This document shows positions 58,091-64,000 of a DNA stretch of 64,000 nucleotides, one piece after another. This stretch comes from Paraspadella gotoi (Eukaryota; Animalia; Chaetognatha). The notes under the pieces were generated by a model that was not told where the DNA came from, did no database searches, and worked only from the letters and a program-made list of their open reading frames with translations. The stretch is from positions 10,103,056 to 10,167,055 of the forward strand of contig CM119269.1 in NCBI GenBank assembly GCA_051294375.1. Reading direction: 5' to 3'. Within the stretch, counting starts at the first letter, position 1. Each line of letters starts with the position of its first letter. The translations under genes were made by a program, and so were the position numbers.

Positions 58091-60101
58091 ATGAGTTTCA
58101 TTTTTTTCGTCTTTGTTCTTTCTCAAGCCTTTTTTCTCTCTGGTGAATAACAAAACATCATCCGTATTAATTATATCCGTAGTAATTATGTATATTTATT
58201 GTCTAAAAAACATAGATTCAATGCATGGTAACATAAAAATAACATAAATACACTAAAGAATTTAAATTAGGCAGAATAAACAATACGATAAATTAAGTAC
58301 AGATTTAGTTTAGTTGATAAAGGTTAAGATTTTGCTATCGGTTATTATTAAGGATATGTTTAATGATATTATAAGGGATCCGAGTTATGGTTTAGGGATT
58401 TTGGTTTAAAATTAACTTAAAAATTAGAATTAGAGAAAGATACGTATACTTTCCAACTATGCATTAATTATATAGTATTATGCTAATCATAGTAAAAAGA
58501 TTGTTTTATCATTATAAAGTATTATGCTAATCATAGTAAAAAGTTTGTTTTATCATTAAATTTCTTTAAATTTAAATTACAGAGAGCACACTTTGGAGAA
58601 CCGATAGACGTTGCGGTCCAATGTATCTCAATAACGAAGACCCGGCTACCGTGAGTAGTAGCACTTTATAATTCTCTTTTTGGTCACTCTGTCGGTCTAT
58701 CTGTTTTCGATCTGTCTCACTTACTTTTTTAATGCTCATAACTCGGGTAATACGGCATCAAATAAGTTTATAAGGTACCATAAAATCTGTACATTAAGAA
58801 GGCGGAACAGGTTGAAAACTAGCAGTGATTATACTTAAACTTTATTACTTTATTACATCACTACAAGATCTTGAATATCAAACTTTATAAAAAAATATTA
58901 TATTTTTTTTCATATAATATTAAATATCTAAATGCTTCAGTGTTTCAATACAATGAATTAATTCTGTAAGTTGTAGAAATCTAGATTTAGGACAAACAAA
59001 ATTTATTTGAAAGACCTGCTTAATGTAAAAAGTGGTAAATACTTTACTTTACTGTGTATATTTATTATGTATCATATTTGTGCGGTAAAGAATAGTGAAA
59101 ATTCTACATATGGCTAAAAATATAATTCTAATAATTAAGAATAAAAATATCTTACTAAAAAACGTATTTGTAATTTATTTTTTATTTGTGAACACAATTA
59201 TCATTTGAAAATTTAGTACATGTTTCAGTTCTAATTTCGAACCTTCATCAGCCCAAGGTTTTACAGTTTTGAAAAATTTTGCTACTGAGTTTGTAAGAAA
59301 GGGGGAGAAAGAGAGAGAGAGAGAGAGAGAATTGAGAATTGAGGGAAATGAGAGTTGAGGACAGCTTCACTTAAGAGGAAAGGNNNNNNNNNNAAAAAGA
59401 ATTGGAAAAAGAAATGGGTTTAGAAGTTTTTAATTATTACTTTTTACCATGTACAAAAAGTTAAAAATTTGTCAAAACTTGAGAGTAAAATTTAAAGTTA
59501 AAAATTTAATAGTGCAATAAAATTATCAACAATGTGAGGGAATAAATAACTAAATAGGATACATTGTATGGAAATGGAGAAGGTGAGGGATAATAAAAGA
59601 AAAGGAAAAACTAATCAAGTGATGAAGGTTCAAAATTAGAACTGAAACATGAACAGGATTTTTCTAATGACTATTGTTTTCACAAATAAAAAACGTTTTT
59701 ATAAAATGTTAAATTTTACAATAATTTTTGGTTAAATCATTTCGTCACTAAAATAACTAGGAAATTGTAATATTTTTTTAAATTATAACATTATATTATG
59801 AATAGTAAATGCATATCAATATAAAACTTAGAAAACACTTTAACTACAACTCCATTATGCAGTTATAATGATCATCAAAAATGAGACCACAAATTAAAAG
59901 CGGCACACTTCATGAATTACTTAGTCATTGTAATATACTAAATTTTAAGTTTCTTATTTGATTTTTTTATGTACAGGCGGCGCAGTGTGATTCAACGTTC
60001 ATGGTATCACCTGCTGTAATAATATCCATAGCTGGTCTCGCTGTTGGAGTAATTATTACTGGGACTGCGATTGTTTGTTTTGCCAGGATTACTCCGAGTA
60101 G
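58091..60101 (+). CDS. Small secreted 8-Cys peptide (WRxDxRCG..CD..CC..C..CxC..CxDY hevein/chitin-binding-1-like module)
   Basis: Exons 58091-58142 (MSFIFFVFVLSQAFFLS signal), 58583-58650 (ESTLWRTDRRCGPMYLNNEDPAT), 59977-60101 (AAQCDxNVHGITCCNNIHSWSRCWSNYYWDCDCLFCQDYSE*). Needs one extra base near 59992. Confidence 0.7.
59175..59692. mobile_element. Inverted pair of Penelope-like element termini with minimal type-I hammerhead cores
   Basis: Minus strand ~59217-59253 reads CTGATGAAGGTTCGAAATTAGAACTGAAACATGTA. Plus strand ~59619-59652 is an inverted copy (GTGATGAAGGTTC..GAACTGAAACATG) with shared downstream tails. Confidence 0.6.
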
Positions 60102-61589
60102 TAAGATTTAATACTAATCTATATCTTACTTTTGACAACTGTTAAGTATCGGTTATTAAAAATTCTAAATTAAAAAAAATTACTACTTAGAATATGATAT
60201 TAATTATTAAAAAGTTTCGTCAAGAAAATCATTAACATGAAAGGGCATATTAGAAATCGATTTATTACACTGAAGGTCATCGAGTTTTATATTGTAAAAA
60301 GTGTTAAATGTTATATAAGCCCCGCCTAACTATACACCCTTACAGTAGTTTTCGTATTATAAAAGTCGGAATCTGCCTTATCCAAGATTCCGACTACTAT
60401 ATTCACTTTGTCGGTCCCCTATTATGCTAAATTAAGCAAAAAAAAACGATGTCCGTCCGTCCGTCCGTCCGTCCCCCCTTAGCAAAAAACTCAAATTACT
60501 CGTGATTGATTGGATGGATGGATTGGAATGAAGTTTTGTGTGTGGGCAGGAAAGTGTGTGATTGAGCTGGATATAAAGTTTCGATGGAATCGTGCGAGTG
60601 GAAATGAGTTTAAATGAAAAAAACAAAAGTCATATTAACTTAAATCATTTTTGCTAATTTTAACCAATAATTACTCAAATTAATCATTAAGGCGTAGTGA
60701 AAGTTACATACAAAAATTCTCAAAATTTGAGAAAAAGCTATTATTTTAAGCTGAAAATTAATTTTTATATATATCAAATATAGTTTTTAAATTGTTTAAC
60801 CCACTTAAGAAAGATTTTCAAAAATGACTTATTTTCTTTTATCAACTTTTTGAACGAGGAATTCAAATCTGCAATTAAATTAGAAAAGCCTATGTTGAAA
60901 TTTTTCAATTTTTAAAGGATAGTACTAGTTATAATAAATAGTATATAGCCTACTGCGATAAATTGAAGAAACATAAAATAAATTTTTTTTACAATTAATA
61001 TTTATTGATGGTATGTTGTTCATTAATTGACCATTAGAATTNNNNNNNNNNNNNNNNNNNNNNNNNAGTGGTCAAATATTTAGGAAAAAGCTATATTTTA
61101 AGCTGAAAAATTAACTTTTTATATATTCAAATATAGTTTTTTAATTTTTAACCCACTTAAGAAAGATTTTCAAAAATGACTTTATTTTCTTTTATCAACT
61201 TTTTGACGAGGAATTCAAATCTGCAATTAAAATTAAGAAAAGCCTATGTTGAAAGTTTTTTCATTTTTATTAAGGATAGTACTATATATAAATATACACG
61301 GTTTCCTTTTTTACATCGATTTACTCCGGCATGGAGTGCACAAGAATGATATGTCCCCGGATACGTTTCCGGACCTTGGGCTACACCAAAAAAAGGGGTA
61401 ATCAAATTTTCCTAATGGACAGTTTTTTTATAAAATTAATATTAAAAATTAGCTAATAAAATCAATAAAAGTAGAAATAAAAAAAATTTAAAAAAGGTTT
61501 AAATTTTTTTAAAAATGAAAATTCATGCATCATCCATAATCTATGAAACATTTTCCTTTCGTTTGAGTCCATAACCATTATTCTATCTT

Positions 61590-64000
61590 TAATAGTTTAT
61601 TTGTAATAATTTTTCTTATAAAATATTATTTTAATTTTTTTCAAATAATTTAAATTAAAAAAAATTTTAACATGCCAAATGTTGAAGAAAAATTTTAATA
61701 TAAGACTTACCTACCTAATATAGGCCTTCAATAACATATATAGTAAGTTTATTAGATTGATGTTTTGACATTAGAAAATAAATAATTTATTAAAATTAAA
61801 TATATGGAAAAAAATTGTAACTTTGAATTTTTTTTTAGCATAATAAACATAATTATTAATTAATTGTTCATGATGCTTTAATAGCTACTGGTCAGTTGTA
61901 TCATTCTCAATTATAATTAATTTTAAACTTTATTTTTTAGTAATACTGACTGCTATATTTACTTACTTTTGACAAAATCTAAAAATTACTGGTATTAAAA
62001 AATTATGTATGAAAACAGACGAAAACTTTTTTTAAATCACCATGCTATTTTAATTGTTGAACTGATATAATATTACCTTGGACAAATTTAAAAAAGTTCT
62101 TTTAAACAATTCCCAAACTAGACATTTTAGGTTGTTCAAATGTAATAAATATTTTTGATATTCGGACTGCTTTGTAGGTTAACTTAATTTCATTAGCCTC
62201 TTTTTAATATGATAGAAAAGCAGTATATTTTAACAGTTTTTTTATTTTGAGTGGGCATTCAAAGTTCTAACACATATTAACATTCGTATATTTGTTAGTA
62301 TAGTAATTCCTCTATAGATTTTTAATTTTTGAAAACCGTTTACTTTTTTTTTCTATAATTTTTTTGACACGCAACAACGTTTTTTTGATACGCGAAAGAG
62401 AATTGTAAAAAATTAAAAATTAAATAGTACCAATAGTTATATTTATGTCTTAGAATAGATGAAAAAAAAACTTGTTTAAAAAAATTTGATCGGGAAGTGG
62501 GGTAACTAAGGGCTTACCAACGGGTATCCTCCATGCTGATCGTTCTCTCCTATAGATTTTTTTAATTTAATACATTTGAAAGGAAAAAAAGAAAATTCAG
62601 AATTCAGGGTGGCATTAAAGGGTAGAGAAATCTGTACATAGTGACATGAAATAATGACTTTTATGTCTGGCGAATTGGGGGCAGTAAAGAAACCCTTAAA
62701 AAATACAATCATTTAAAGTCAGTCAATTGAACCTTTTCGGCGGAATTTTCTTTTTTCGTTAATTTAAAAGGGATGATAAAATAGAATTAAATTCCCTTTA
62801 TAAAGCGTTTGTTATATTTAAAAAAAATTAGCAATTACAATTTCAACACAATGATGTCTTGCTTTGCAAATATGTCAGCAGTTAAGTAATTTTTGAAAAT
62901 TTTATTATGATAAACAAGCAGTATATCAAGCTTTCTTTGCAGTTGAGATAATGAAAATGATATATTTTTTTTCACAGACAAGAAGGTAGACGTCCAGACT
63001 GTTTATATCAAAGCTGAAAACATTTTTATTATTATCATTTTTTATATTTAAAAAATATTTTATCAAGTACTACAAATTTTTTGCTTGTTTTTTACTTTAA
63101 CTGGAAAAATACAAGCAAATTTATTAAAGTAGAGAAAATTTATGGTAATTAAAATCGTAATTCAGACTTTCCTCTTTAATTTAACAAAAGAAAAAAAAAC
63201 AAAAAATTTTATATGCCTTCATTGATTTGTAATGCAAAAAAACTGTTATACTTTAACTCGTATTTAAATAAAAACTGTGTAAAGATTTATGGATAAAAAT
63301 TTAACAAAACTGTTCTAGAAATATTGTCCCATGGATTAGGGCTTAATTTGATACCACACTACCTTGCACCCCTTTTTTTTTTCAAAAGATATTCCAAGAA
63401 AATAACTTTTTTATTTACTTTTTTTGCATCTGCAGTTTTTTTTTAAACAAACCTAACTTTTGGCCTTAAAATGTTCTAGTGGGATTGTTTAAAACTTTTT
63501 AAATTTGGTCCAATGATAATATCTATATCAGATTTCAAACAATTAAATAGATGTGATTTAAAAAAAAAGTTTTCATCTGTTCATACATAATTTTTAATAA
63601 CCAGTTAATTTTTGGATTTTGTCCAAAAGTAAGTAAATATAGCAGTCAGTATTACTTTAAAAATAAAAAAAGTTATAAAATTATTATAATTTGAGAATGA
63701 TACAACTGACCAGTAGCTATTAAAAGCATTCATGAACAATTAATTAATAATTTATGTTTTATATGCTAAAAAAAAAATCTCAAAGTAAATTTTTCATATA
63801 TTTAATTATATAAATTATTTTATTTTCTATGTCAAAAATCATCATAATAAACTACTACTATATGTATTTGAAGGCCTATATTAGGTACGGTAAGTCCTTA
63901 TAATAAATAAATTTTTCTTCAATCATTGGCCATAGTATAAATTTTTTAATTAAATTATTTGAAAAAAAATTAAAATAAATATTTTAATAAAGAAAAAAAT
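61590..64000. repeat. Large inverted repeat: ~61590-62135 vs ~63450-64000
   Basis: e.g. TAGCTACTGGTCAGTTGTATCATTCTCAATTATAA (~61882) vs TTATAATTTGAGAATGATACAACTGACCAGTAGCTA (~63684); right arm runs off the window. Confidence 0.8.

Noticed and set aside
60700-61290. ~230-bp direct duplication (60715-60930 vs 61070-61285)
   Set aside because: Straddles an N-gap with indel-type differences; most likely an unmerged contig overlap.

Overview
AT-rich, microsatellite-laden animal (invertebrate-type) genomic DNA from a draft assembly with N-gaps and noisy patched segments. The main feature is a ~46 kb minus-strand gene of ~47 exons (ATG at 55715) encoding a secreted protein with a signal peptide, 14 complete MAM domains and a 15th partial one. 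No LDLa repeat or TM segment was seen. Its introns hold two tRNA-Lys(UUU) genes, a same-strand two-exon cupin gene resembling bacterial DddW/DddK-type DMSP-lyase cupins, several DNA-transposon remnants, Penelope-type hammerhead fragments and three copies of a tRNA-headed repeat. That repeat appears to carry a circularly permuted (type-P5) twister ribozyme with a compensatory pseudoknot change, and is the best candidate for an undescribed system. The flanking genes are a convergent three-exon EF-hand gene resembling the C1orf87 C-terminus (7757-9119) and a divergent three-exon gene for a small secreted 8-Cys peptide (58091-60101). All gene models were read by eye, so exon edges may be off by a few bases, and family calls rest on recalled motifs rather than database searches.
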